Source of the DNA: the human T2T-CHM13v2.0 reference genome, Homo sapiens
NCBI RefSeq assembly: GCF_009914755.1
Contig: NC_060937.1
Direction: 5' to 3' (one strand)
Length of the DNA: 64,000 nucleotides
In this document: in pieces, positions 14,379 through 29,707 of the stretch
How the letters are laid out: every line of letters begins with the position of its first letter
Numbering within the stretch: the first letter of the stretch is position 1
Made by a program: the position numbers and the translations under genes
Notes under the pieces: generated by a model
What the model saw: only the letters and a program-made list of their open reading frames with translations
What the model was told of the DNA's origin: nothing
Database searches by the model: none

Positions 14379-16256
14379 AAAATTGATAGACCATTAACAA
14401 GATTAACCAAGAAAAGAAGAAAATCCAAATAACCTCACTGAGAAATGAAACAGGAGATATTACAACTGACACCACTGAAATACAAAAGATTATTCAAGTC
14501 TACTGTGAATATCATTACACACATAAACTAGAAAACCTAAAAGAGATGGATAAATTCCTTGAAAAAATACAACCCTCCTAGCTTAAATCAAGAAGAATTA
14601 GATACCCTAAAAAGACCAATAACAAGCAGCGAGATTGAAACGGTAATTTAAAAATTACCAAAAATAAAGTCCAGGACCAGATGGATTCACAGCAGAATTC
14701 CACCAGACATTCAAAGAAGAATTGGTACCAATCCTTTTGACACTATTTCACAAGATAGAGAAAGAAGGAACCCTCCCTAATTCATTCTATAAAGCCAGCA
14801 TCACCCTAATACCAAACCAGGAAAGGATACAACCAAAAAAGAAAACTACAGACTGATATCTTTGATGAACATAAATGCTAAAATCCTTAACAAAATACTA
14901 GCTAACCAAATCCAACAACATATCAAAAAGATAATCCATCACGACCAAGTAGGTTTCATACCAGGGATGCTGGATGGTTTAACGTATGCAAGTCAATAAA
15001 TGTGATAACCACATAAACAGAATTAAAAACAAAAATTACACCTCAATAGATGCAGAAACAGCGTTAGACAAAATCCAGCATCGCTTTATGATTGAAACCC
15101 TCAGCAAAATCGGCATACCTTAACATCATAAAAGCCATCTATAACAGACCTACAGCCAACATAATACTGAATGGGGAAAAATTGAAAGCATCCCTGCTGA
15201 GAACTGAAACAAGGCAAGGATGCCCATTCTCACCACTCCTCTTCAATATAGTACTGGAAGTCCTAGCCAAAGCAATCAAACAAGAGAAAGAAATAAAGGG
15301 CATCCAAATCAGTAAAGAGGAAGTCAAACTGTCCCTGTTTGCTGACCATATGATCGTTTACCTTGAAAACCCTAAGTACTACTCCAGAAAGCTCCTAGAA
15401 CTGATTAAACAATTCAGCAAAGTTTCCGGATACAAGATTGATGTACACAAATCAGTAGCACTTCTATACACCAACAGCGACCAGGCAGAGAGTCAAATCA
15501 AGAACTCAACCCCTTTTACTATAGCTGCAAAAAATTAAATACTTAAGAATATTCCTAACAAAGGAGTTGAAAGACCTTTACAAGGAAAACTACAAAACAC
15601 TGCTGAAAGAAATCATAGATGACACAAACAAATGGAAACACATCCCATGCTCACGGATGTGTAGAATCAATATTATGAAAATGACCATACTGCCAAAAGA
15701 ATCTACAAATTTAATGCAACCCCCATCAAAATACCACCATCATTCTTCCCAGAGTTAGAAAAAAAAATTCTAAAATTCATGTGGAATCAAAAAAGAACCC
15801 ACATAGCCAAAGCAAGACTAAGCAAAAAGAACGAATCTGGAGGTATCACACTACCTGATGTCAAACTATACTATAAGGCCATAGTCACCAAAACAGTGTG
15901 GTACTGGTATAAAAATAGGCACATAGACCAATGGAACAGAATAGAGAACCAGAAATAAACCCAAATACTTACAGCCAACTGACCTTTGACAAAGCAAACA
16001 AAAACAAAGTGGGGAAAGGACACCCTTTTCAATAAATGGTGCTGGGATAATTAGCTAGCCACATGTGGGAGAATGAAACTGGATCCTCATCTCTCACCTT
16101 ATACAAAAGTCAACTCAAGATGGATAAAGGACTTAAACCTAAGACCCAAAACTATAAAAATTCTGGAACCTAACATCAGAAAACCCTTCTAGGCATTGGC
16201 TTAGGCAAGGATTCCATGACCAGAAACCCAAAAGCAATTGCAATAAAAACAAAGCT

Positions 16257-16565
<309 letters not shown>

Positions 16566-16922
16566 AAACAAAAGCTAAATAGCTGGGACCTGATTAAAGA
16601 GCTTTCGCACAGCAAAAGGAACAGTCAACAGAGTAAACAGACAACCCACAAAGTGGGAGAAAAATCTTCACAATCTATATATCTGACAAAGGATGAATAT
16701 CCGGAATCTACAGTGAACTCAAATCAGTAAAAAAAACAATCCCATCAAAAAGTGGGCTTAGGACATGAATAGACAATTCTCAAAAGAAGATATACAAATG
16801 GCAAGTAAACATGAAAAAATGCTCAACATTGCTAATGATTGGGGAAATGCAAAACAAAACCACGATACAGTACCCCCTTACTCCTGCAAGAATGGCCACA
16901 ATCAAAGAATCAAAAAGCAGTA

Positions 16923-17216
<294 letters not shown>

Positions 17217-17516
17217 CCAACCAGTAGATGTTGGCATGGATGCGGCGATCAGGGAACACTTCTACGTTTCTGGTGGGAAAGTAATCTAGTACAGCTGCTA
17301 TGGAAAACAGTGTGGAAATTCCTTAAAGAACTAAAAGTAGAACTACCATTTGATCCAGCAATCCCATTACTGGGCATCTACCCAAAGGAAAATAAGTCAT
17401 TATTTGAAAAAGATACTTGCACACACATGTTTATAGCAGCACAATTCACAATTGCAAAATCGTGGAACCAACCCAAATGCCTATCAATCGAATGGATAAA
17501 GAAACTGTAGTGTGTA

Positions 17517-17522
<6 letters not shown>

Positions 17523-17555
<33 letters not shown>
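17523..17555. repeat. (TG)n microsatellite within the L1
   Basis: Direct reading. Confidence 0.9.
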
Positions 17556-17558
<3 letters not shown>

Positions 17559-18100
17559 CACACACATGATGGAATACTGCTCAGCCATAAAAAGGAATGA
17601 ATTAACAGCATTTGCAGTGACCTAAATGAGATTGGAGACTATTATTCTAAGGGAAGTAACTCAGGAATGGAAAACCAAATGTCACATGTTCTACTGATAT
17701 GTGGGAGCTATGCTATGAGGACGCAAAGGCATGAGAATGATACAATGGACTTTGGGTACTTGGGGGGAAGAGTGGAACAGGGAAAGGGTAAAAGACTACA
17801 AATATAGTGCAGTGTATACTGCCCCGGTGATGGGTGCACCAGGATCTCACAAATTACCGCTAAAGAACTTAACTTGTGTAACCAAATACCACCTGTACCC
17901 CAATAACTTACGGAAAAATAATTAATAAATAAGGGCTGTGTGGCTTTAAAAAAAAAAAAAAAGAATTGATTGTTGGCATCTGAGCCTATAGTCTCTGCAT
18001 CAGTAGGCAATATACCAAGTGGGTGGTATTAATCTTTCCTCAGCTTTTAAATATTAAGTAAACCCCCAAAATAAAATGGAAAGAAAAAAAGCTGATCCAG

Positions 18101-18800
<700 letters not shown>

Positions 18801-18991
18801 CCCCCCCTAGACTAAGACCTTTTTAAAAATATGCTTCTAGGTCTCAGCCAGAACCTGGCACATAGTTAATTGAATTGATAGTATGCAGTACTTTGTAACT
18901 GAGTGTCTATTAGGCAGTAAGCACTGTGCTGGGCCCAGTTACACAAATTTTAAGAAATGATTCCTATCTTCAGGAAACTAAGAATTTTGAA

Positions 18992-19196
18992 CAGGGCTTT
19001 GAATAGAGCTTTCTGTAATGATGCAAATATTCTATATCTGCAATATCCAGTTCAGTAGCCACTTGCCACGTGTGATCATTTAGCACTTGAAATATGGCTA
19101 CTTCACTGAGGAACCAAGCTTCTTTAGTTAATCTTAATTAAATTAAATCTAAAATTAGCTACATGTATTTAATGACTCTGGTATTAGACTGCATGC
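18992..19196 (+). mobile_element. MER3 hAT-Charlie MITE
   Basis: aatagagctttctgtaatgatgcaaatattctatatctgc...gtagccac...gcacttgaaatatggcta. Confidence 0.8.
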
Positions 19197-19966
19197 TCTA
19201 GACAATTAACCAGAGCATACACATCCTTACTATTAGGCAGTGGTAGGATTTGAAAACTTTTCTCCTTAGTTTTATCATAAAAGAAAAATGGAAGGTATTT
19301 TCTGCCCAAATAGAATTTCTTCTGGCAGTATTGGGTAGGGATTGGCCTGTGGGGTTTAGGCTCAACAGACCTAAGATTTGAACCCAGTTACTCACCACTC
19401 TCTGGATAAAATACTCATTTTCTTTGGGAATAATAATAGCAACTGTTTCATAATGTTGTTATATCTGTTTGGCTCATATAAAACAACCATTTATGCTCAG
19501 TACCAATTCATAGAAATCCTCAAAATATTGTTTTGATGCTATAGAATTTTGTTTTAGTTAAGTTGGGAAATGCCGGGAAAATGGAAGTATCCTTTCCCAA
19601 AAGATAATTATTTGTTGGGTAAAAGATTTTTTTTTTTTCACTTTTCAGATCCCATAATAGTGTGCCCACTAATAAACTCAAGCATTTTAATCTTCCAATT
19701 TTCCTTTCTGCATATGAAGGTTTATTTTACAGTTACAAAAATATGAAATTATAGGTCATTAAACAGAAACTACAATGCAAAGAAACTGAAAGTTATTCAA
19801 TTAGAAGCCTTTCTCAATTGAAAATCAGATATTAAAGTAGTTTCCCCCAAATTATAATGCAATTCAGTTACAGGATAAATATCATAAAATAGAACTGGTT
19901 TGTCTTTATTTTGGAAATACATGTGTTGCATACATTTGTCATTTATCCAAAATATCAAAATATTTC

Positions 19967-20268
19967 TTTTTTTTTTTTTTTTTTTTTGAGGAGGAGTCCT
20001 GCTCTGTCACCCTGGCTGGAGTGCAGTGGCACCGTCTCGGCTCACTACAACCTCCACCTCCCAGGTTCAAGCGATTCTTGTGCCTCAGCCTTTGAAGTAA
20101 CTGAGACTACAGGCGCACGCTACCACACCCAGCTAATTTTTGTATTTTTAGTAGAGACAGGGTTTTGCCGTGTTGGCCATGCTGATCTCAAACTCCTGAC
20201 CTCAGGTGATCCACTTGCCTTGTCCTCCCAAAGTGCTGGGATTACAAGTGTGAGCCACCATGCCTGGC
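19967..20268 (-). mobile_element. AluS
   Basis: Reverse Alu; TSD caaaatatttcttt. Confidence 0.92.
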
Positions 20269-20595
20269 AAAATATTTCTTTTTTAATGGCATTCATTTGA
20301 TATTTTAAGACCACATAATATAGAAAATACACTTACAATACTAGGTGACAATATTCCTTTACACAGCTGTATGCACTGGATTTTTTTTTAATGTCTAAGG
20401 TGAGAATAAAAGATTTTGAAGAAATACACCATAAAGGGGGGTTGTTAACTAACAAATCAGCCTTGACTCATTTTAATGTTTTATTTCTACTTTTTTGTTC
20501 TAGAGAGGTTATATTATTTAATATCGCACAACTAGTAAGTGACTGAACTGTGATTAGACCTTAACACCTGACCAACCTCACTTTAAATCCCATAC

Positions 20596-20893
20596 TTTTT
20601 TTTTTTTTTTGAGACAGAGTCTCACTCTATCTGTCACCCAAGCTGTAGTGTGATGGCATGATCTCAGCTCACCGCAACCTCTGTCTCCCAGGTTGAAGCA
20701 ATTCTCCTGCCTCAGTCTCCTGAGTAGCTGGGATTACATGCACGCACCACAACACCCGGCTAATTTTTGTATTTTTAGTGGAGACAGGGTTTCACCACGT
20801 TGGCCAGGGTGGTCTTGAACTCCTGACCTCGTGATCCGCACATCTCAGCCTCCCAAAGTGCTGGGATTACCGGCGTGAGCCACCACACCCAGC
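20596..20893 (-). mobile_element. AluS
   Basis: Reverse Alu; TSD taaatcccatactttt. Confidence 0.92.
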
Positions 20894-23029
20894 GTAAATC
20901 CCATACTTTTAACCACCACAATATTTAATATTTATTACAGTAATCTCTCCAAGATTACACTTCTGGAAATTACTCTGATTAGTGAAACTAATTAAAGGGC
21001 CTCAGAAAATAAAGCCTTAGTGAAAAACATAAAAATATATTAAATATATATGTATGTTTAAAAAGACAAGCAAAATTTGTAGATGGTGTCTACTTATAAA
21101 GCAAATCAATGTTCAGTATTTAAAACTTTTTTCCTATACTTTCTTCAGGAAAATGCTGTAGAGTCATAATCTGTTGCAGGTGATTCTCCCACACATCCTT
21201 TTTTTATTGCCTTTAGCTGGTTACAAACAAAATTGATTTTATAACCTCCAAAAAATTGCAACTTGCAGTTTGCAAAGGACTCTCATAGACCTGTCAACTT
21301 GGTCTCTGGATGCAGGTGACTAGTAATTATTATGCTTTGTTTAAAGGTCATATATGGAAAAACACCTTTCTAAAAAATGTTGTGGTTCTAAAGATTCTGG
21401 TTGATAAAACTGAGGCTTGAGGGCATTTCTTAACGTTGTGTGCCCCTATTAAACTGAAGCCTTGAGAAAGCAGAGAGATTATTCATTTATCATTGTGTCA
21501 GCAGTGCTTAACACAGTGCCTCTCTCATAATGAATCCTCAATAAATACTTGATGAATGAATGGTTTGATTAAGAATAATGTAGTATCATAGTTTGAATCT
21601 TTTGGTGGGGGGGATTCTACAAAGTATTTTTAAGACAATTCTTATTTATAATTAATTTATAGAGAAATAATTTCATCATGGTAAAGATAATGGACTTTTC
21701 TGGGCTTTTACCCAGTATTCTCATTGATTGTTAATTTGGAGATTATTTATTTTTGCTTAATTATTAATTGGCAAAGGCTCCCAGAAGCGTTGGCTTTATA
21801 TATTTGTCTCTGTTTAAGGCAAAATTATAATTTTGTATTATCATTATTTAATCTTTGTATTATTCAGTTAATACATGTATTATTCAAAGGAAGGAAAATT
21901 TTACTGTGAGAACTTTATATTTAATGGATTCCTAAAATTAATGGGCTTATTTTATGTATCCATATTTAAACTGAAATGTTCATGTATTGATTTTTATTAA
22001 AACAAATCCTTAATATTATAGCCTACCATGGGTCCAACAGTCAAGTTCTCTTTGGCATTTCAGAAGCAGTAATAGGTTTACTTATAACAACCACTCAGAC
22101 AAATCCACAGAAACAGAAAATTCTCTAATATGGGGTACTAGAGGTATTGGGAGATAGCCCACATCAGTAGTTTTTCAGGACCTCTCTTTCACATTATGAA
22201 GATATTTTTTAAATTACATCTCTCGTAATGGTTTTTAAATCTCTCCTTAAAATAATATCTTATAAAATATCCCATCTTCAACATTTTGATTCCTTATCTC
22301 TAATCATTTCTCCTGTTTTTCTTCGTGTGGTGGTTTTGCAGGGGGAGGTGGGGTACAAATGAAAAAGTATCAGCTCTGCTGTGGGAATAGTCATTTAACA
22401 CTGCCTTTACTGATTCTCTCTTTTGACAGTGGAATTAGTTTCATCAGCCACCAGATTCTTAATGAATTACATCCCAATGTAATGAACTCCATGTAAGCCC
22501 CAGATAATGTCACTGAGTAATGATTTTTTTATAATGAATTAACAAGTTTCTAGAAAACACATTCCCAACAAGCAAGAATAAAGAAGAAATAATGCTAAAA
22601 CACACATTTTGTTTTTTCTGACCCAACCAGAGCCACTGGAAATCACCATAAAAATGCTGTTCCCATTTTATTCCTTCTCCACTCTCCAAAGGAATGTATA
22701 TGGAGAGTGAGGGATAATGTTTTGTTTACTTTGGGGGAAAGTTTTGCTGAAAATTGAAGGAAATGATCTGAAATAAGGAAAATTATAATTTCTGCTCATT
22801 GAGAACTGTAAATAGGTCTTCCTTCTCCCTTTTTCCACATCACAGAAAACATATAATCATACACATTTTGTATTGTGAACTTTATGTCATTAGAGAAAAT
22901 AGTTGTCTTTAAAAGTGTTTAATTGTAGAGAATTCAAGATAATTAAATTAGTGGAACTCTATTTGCATGAACTATTTCATGCAGAATTGTCATATAGTTA
23001 TATTTCTTACAGTAGCAATAGTACTTTTC

Positions 23030-23210
23030 AACACTATGTTCTAGGTACTCTGCTAAGCACTGTAAATTTATCATCTCATTTAATTTCTTTCAACAGTGTT
23101 TTAAGGTAGGCCTATAAAGAATAAGTAATTGCCTAAGATCACAGCTAGTAAGTGTCAAAGCCATATTGAAATCCAAATTTTTCTGGCTCCAAACCATATT
23201 CTTCACTGTA
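23030..23210 (-). mobile_element. MIR
   Basis: aagtaattgcctaagatcacagctagtaagtg...ttgaaatcca. Confidence 0.7.
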
Positions 23211-24054
23211 GTAGTCTGTTGCCTCTCAGGAAACAGTATATTATGTTGTATTAGAAAGCAGGTGTAATACCACTCCATAATTTAGTCTGTAAAAATAAGT
23301 AAGCATTCTAGATAATTGGAATTTAAGCATTAAAACATTTCCGTATCACTAGAGGCATCTCTTTTTTTAGTTAATTTATTGTTGTCATCATGGTGTTTCC
23401 TTCAATGAATTACCATTGGAGTGTAGGATTTTTTGCTTGTATACAAAATGACTCCAATTTCCATGCCCTTTGCATCTCATTTTTAATGTGTTTTAGTTGT
23501 TCACAAAGGCATTTTCTGATACTGCCTCAAGCAGTACTTCACATTTACCTTTTGATTTCCTGCTTTGAATTTATGACTGTTCAGAAAACCAAAAATGTTA
23601 TTAAGATCATAGTAAGGGTAATTCAATAAGCTCTGATGGAAAATTGAAGGATTTATTGTCAGTATATCGTTTTTACAAACAGCTTTGTAAGCCTCTGTCA
23701 AATGGCTTTGATTGCCAGATAAATGACCTCTATGTAAATATGACATTGTATTTTTTTAAATTCTAACAAGCAAATGCTAATATTACTCCTATAATTATTC
23801 CTAATTTTAAATTCATTTTTTATTCAGCTTATAAAATAAGGATAAGGTACTTCATAATTTTCAGTTAAAAACAACTGAATTATTTACCTTAGAAATAAAT
23901 ATATTTAATTTCCTCATTAGTCATCTTAATTGAGCTACTTTCTCTTAATATTTAAATAACAAAAAAAGCCCTATGAATGTCTTTGCATCATGTTTTTGTC
24001 TTAACTGTGCACCTGTTTAATTCTGCCTTTGTAATTCTTCTCTTTCACTATTAG

Positions 24055-24264
<210 letters not shown>

Positions 24265-24290
24265 TGACCTTATTTCTAAAACTACTTTGG

Positions 24291-24582
<292 letters not shown>

Positions 24583-24999
24583 TAAAACTACTTCGGTATA
24601 TTTTCTTAAAATATAATTGGTGACTATTTCTAAATAAAATTCTGTATTTCAAATATTTGTTCATCTTCATCTTAGAAATTGCAGTCAAAAAAGAAACAAG
24701 TTAAATATGATAGCTTTTATCTGTTCAATTTTTTATCAAATTCACTTACTCCAGAATTGTTAAGTATTTACATCTGTCAGGAACTGGGGATTAGGAGTTC
24801 ATGGAAATAATTCCCGTCTCAAGGGGTTTCTAATCTACTGAGAGAGGTGAACATAATAACAAATAATTAGAGTAGCAAGATAAATGCTATAAGCAAAAAA
24901 TATGCAGTTCTCAGTGGAAATACAAAAGAGATCATTAATTAATCCCACCTTTAAAGGAGGTGAGGCATATCTAAGAGAGGAGATGACACTGCAATTAGT

Positions 25000-25307
<308 letters not shown>

Positions 25308-26547
25308 TTGGAATGAGTCTTGAAGTACAAATAAAAATTCATTTGAGGGTACTGTGTTATAATCTTTGATCTTTAATTTCTGTTTTCCTTTTTTCTTGTT
25401 TTCCCCTCTTGTTATCTTCCTGTCTTATCCCTAACGTTAATAAATATTTTAAATTAACATTTCACCATTGGCTGTGATGTTTGCTACAGTACATTATTTG
25501 TGTTCAAAAGTCAGATAACCATGGCATTCTTATAAAAATGGGTTTAAACTTCAGTTGAAGTTGAATTTGAATCTAGGTAGGGTTCTAATTATTTTAGGCA
25601 CATTTTTGCATAAGGACTGTATTTACTTGTAGGCCAAATGTAAGAAAAACTTATTTCTTTCCTATCATTGTCCTATTTCCCATTTCCAAGGTCAATGTCT
25701 GATAACTGCAATAGATTTTAAATTTATCTTCAATTTCTTCACTGGAGTCAAAGTAATCTTTGTAACATTCAAATTTTCATATCATATGCTGGCTTTAATG
25801 ACTTTTATTGTCTTCATTAAGACAATAAAGTCAAATTTCTTTACATGACTTCATGATTAGACTCATGTTTATCTTTCTGCTTTCATATCTTGCCATTCCC
25901 CTCCATATCATATTATTGTTTTGAAAGTTTCATACTCTTTCTTACCTCCGTAACTTTGCATATTTCCCTTTGTCTAAACAAATTAGGAATAGAAGGGAAC
26001 TTCCTCGATCTGAAAAAGGGCATTTATAAAAACCAACAGCTAAAATTGTACTTAATGGTGAAATATTGAATACTTTCCCCATTGAGGGGGAGAGTAAAAC
26101 AGGGTTTCCTATTTTCATGATTTATATGACATATTAAGTGCTGTATTTGAATTCCTAACCTGTGAGATAAGGATAAGAGAAGATATATATAAAAATCAGA
26201 AAGGAATAGTAAGAATCTATTTTCAGATTACCAAACAACTACTAAACCTGATAAGTGAATATAGCAGAATATATAGTCATTACCCAAAAATATACTAGAA
26301 GTAAACAATTGGAGAAGTAAGTAGCAACAAAAAACACAAAATACTTAGGAATAAATTTAAGCCAAAAAACCCTACAGATCATTGCTAAGAGAAATTAAAG
26401 AACCACTCCCCCCAAAATCACGAAATATATTGTGAATTCTATCAATTCAGTGTTCTTCTAGTCACAGTGGCAGGAGGCTTTTTTGTATTTCATTCATATG
26501 GAGTGCAGAGGACTGGAATATCCAAAGCAATCTTGAAAAAAGTTGAA

Positions 26548-26718
26548 GCCCTGTGTGGTGGTGCACTCCTGCAGTCCCAGCTACCTAGGAGGCTGAGGCA
26601 GGAGGATTGCTTGAGCTTAGAGGTTAAAGCCTGTAGGGTGCGATGATCATGCCTGTGAATACCCACTGCACTCCAGCCTGGGCAACATAGCGTGACCTCC
26701 TCTCCTCCACAAAAAAAA
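26548..26718 (+). mobile_element. FAM (fossil Alu monomer)
   Basis: Single arm with the FAM-type insert gcctgtgaatacccactgcactccagcc. Confidence 0.8.
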
Positions 26719-27321
26719 GAACAAATTGGAAGAATTGCACTACCTGTTTTCAAGATTTACTATAAAGCTTCAATATCAGAATAATACAGTACTGGCTTAA
26801 GGAAAGACAAATACAGCAATGAAACAGACTAGAAAACCCAGAAACAGATCCATACTTAAATAATAATTTCATTTTTAACAAAGGCAGCAAAGCAAACAAA
26901 TGGAGAAAGGAAAGTTTGTTCAATAAATGGTGCTAAAAAAAAATTGGACATCTTTATGGAAGTAAACTTCCATACACCAATATTAATCTGAGACGATACC
27001 TAAATGGAATAGCTAAAACTATAAATATGTAACAGAAAACATAGGTGAGTTATCTTTACAACGTGGAGTACATTAAGACTTTTTTTGACATGGCCCTTGA
27101 ATGTAATTATCATAAAAGAAAAACTGATAAAGTATATGTCATCAAAATTTAAAACTTCTGTTCTTCAAAAGACACCATTAAGAAATGAATAGCCAAGCCA
27201 CAGACTCAAAGAAAATAACCACAATTTTATATCTGACAAAAGAATGATACCCAAAATAAGAAAATATTGAGGAGAAAATATTCACAAAACGTAGATTAAA
27301 CAAAAGAAAATGATACCCAAA

Positions 27322-27810
27322 TGTGGTGGGCTGAAAAACATCCTTCTAGAGATGTCCATGTCCTGTTGGGCATAGTGACTCATGCCTGTAATTCCAACAC
27401 TTTGGGAGGCTGAGGCAGGTGGATCACTTGAGCTCAGGAGTTCAAGATTAGCCTGACATGGTGAGACCCCATCTCTAGAAAAAAAGAGAAAGAGAGAAGG
27501 AAAGAAAGGAAGGGAAGAAGGAAGGAAGGAAAGAAAGAGAAAGGAAAAGGAAGGAAGGAAAGAAAAGAGAAAAGAAAAGAAAGATGTCCATGTCCTCATC
27601 TTTGGAACCTCTGAAAAAGCTGGAAAAGGCAAGGAAACAGATTTCACCATAGAGCCTTCACACAGAACCAGCCCTACAAAGCATTGACTTCAGGTCAGTG
27701 AGGCTGATTTTTGGACTTACTACCTGTAGAGCTATAAAATAATAAATTTGTATTGTTTAAACCATAAAGTCTGGCAATCTGTTAACGTTAGCAGTAGGAA
27801 ATTAATGTAC
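27322..27810 (+). mobile_element. MLT1-type MaLR solo LTR, internally deleted
   Basis: Starts tgtggtgggctgaa; aagctggaaaaggcaaggaaacagattt; aataaatttgtattgtttaa; ends gcagtaggaaattaatgta. Confidence 0.8.
27365..27581 (+). mobile_element. Alu left monomer (FLAM-like) with a ~100-nt GA-rich tail
   Basis: Perfect TSD agatgtccatgtcct at 27350-27364 and 27582-27596. Confidence 0.88.
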
Positions 27811-28365
27811 CAGAATATATATTTAAAAATTCATGTAACTCAGTGATTAAAAAAAAAATAGTCCTGTTTAAAACATGGGCAAAAGGTTTAAACACTTCAC
27901 AAAGGAAGACATGTGAATGACAAGTAAGCATAATAAAAGTATTCAACATTACTAGTCATGAGGGAAAAGCAGATTAAAAGCCCAGTGAGATACCACTGTA
28001 TACCCACAAGAATGGCTGAAATTAGAAAGACTGACTATACCAAATGTTGGTGAGAAGTGGAGCAACTGGCAGTTTCTTACAAAATAATTAAACAACCTAA
28101 TCAGTGATCCAGCATTTCCGTTACTTACCCAAGAGAGAAGAAAGCATATACACCTTAAAAGATTTCCTCTAGAATGTTCATAGGAAATGTATTCATAATA
28201 GTCAAAAACTGACAACAGCCCAGGTGTGTATCTCAAAGGAAAATGGTTAATCAAACCATTATACATTCATGTAGTAGAATACTTCTCCTCACTGGAAGGA
28301 AACAATTGACTTACTTAACAACATGGATGAATCTGAAAAACATAAAGTGTACTTTATATAATATA

Positions 28366-28515
28366 GTATGATTATACTGTATGATTATAGTATGTGGTAT
28401 GATTATACTATATGATTATAGTATATGGTATGATTATACTATATGATTATAGTATATAGTATGATTATACTGTATGATTATAGTATATAGTATGATTATA
28501 CTATATGATTATATA
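28366..28515. repeat. 31-bp minisatellite, about 4.8 copies
   Basis: Unit gtatgattatact-RtatgattatagtatRtR. Confidence 0.9.
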
Positions 28516-29011
28516 AAGTTCTAGAAGAGACAGAAGTAATCTATGATGAAAAAAATCAAGGGGTGGGGGTAAAAATTTTTTTTTTTATTTTTAAAAAGAC
28601 AAAAATCAGAACTGTAGTTGTCTCTAAAGATGATTGTCACCAAAAATTAACTGAGAAAAGTGACATGGAACTTTCCAGGGTATTCAGATGTTCTATATAT
28701 CTTGATAGGGTTTGTGTTAAACACATGTGTGTACATTTCAAAACTTTTACATTTCAAAACTCGTTGAATGGTAGACTTAAAAAATAAAAATAAAATTTAT
28801 ACATGGTGAAAGTTACAAATCTTATTTTTTAGAAAATAACTGTAAATACATATTGAATTATAATTGATGATTTGCATGTTAAACTGTTGAGGAGTGAAGT
28901 GTGCAAATGTCCACAACTTTCTTTGAAATGCATCAAAAAAACATTCATGGAAACGGGTGGATATATGTATAATAAACACATAGTATGTTTGATTTAGAAT
29001 CCAGATGTTGG

Positions 29012-29291
29012 AGCCAGGCACAGTGGCTCATGCCTTTAACCCCAGCATTTTGGGAGACCAAGGCAGGACGATTGCTTGAGCCCAGAAGTTCAAGGCCAGC
29101 CGGGGCAACCTGGCAAGACCATCTCTACAAAAAAATAAAAAATGAACCAGGCATGGTGGTGCCAGCTACATGGGAGGGTGAGGTGGGATGATCGCCTGAG
29201 CCCTGAACGTCAAGGCTGCAGTGACTGTGTTCACGCCACTGCACTCCAGTCTGGGTGACAGAATGAGACTCTGTCTCAAAAAAAAAAAAAA
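29012..29291 (+). mobile_element. AluJ
   Basis: Dimeric Alu with J-type positions; TSD cagatgttg. Confidence 0.9.
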
Positions 29292-29551
29292 TTGCAGATG
29301 TTGAGTATATGGATGTATACTGTACATTTTTTCAGTGTGTCCACATGTATAAATATTTTCTTAAAAGCTGCAGAAAAATAGAAATTAATTTTTGTTATGA
29401 TACTATCTAAACCAACTTCAAATAAAATAGATTTACCTGTACTAGAAGATCAGTAACTAGGTTCTCTATCAGTTCACATTGGAAATTAAAATATACCTTG
29501 TCCTTATTTAATGAATACTTATCGATTAACTAAAATTTCAAAGAAGTGAGC

Positions 29552-29707
29552 ACAGACTTTTTTTAGTACTACATTGTGTACAATTTTCAAAGGCTTGCCA
29601 TTTAATTCAGGTAATTTCGGCTGACTTTTTTCAACAGACTATTTTTAGTACTACATTGTATACAATTTTCAAAGGCTTGCCATTTAATTCGGGTAATTTT
29701 AGCCGAC
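29552..29707. repeat. 74-bp direct duplication, period 82
   Basis: 29552-29625 versus 29634-29707, 6 mismatches. Confidence 0.92.

Larger units (their letters stand above)
25975..29380 (+). mobile_element. Old L1M (ORF2 3' half and 3'UTR) with nested insertions
   Basis: aggaatagaagggaacttcctc, acagctaaaattgtacttaatggtgaaa, tttcaagatttactataaagct motifs. Confidence 0.8.

Noticed and set aside
28366-28515. Regular ~30-bp periodicity as a CRISPR-like array
   Set aside because: Head-to-tail tandem units with no unique spacers, in a primate intron.
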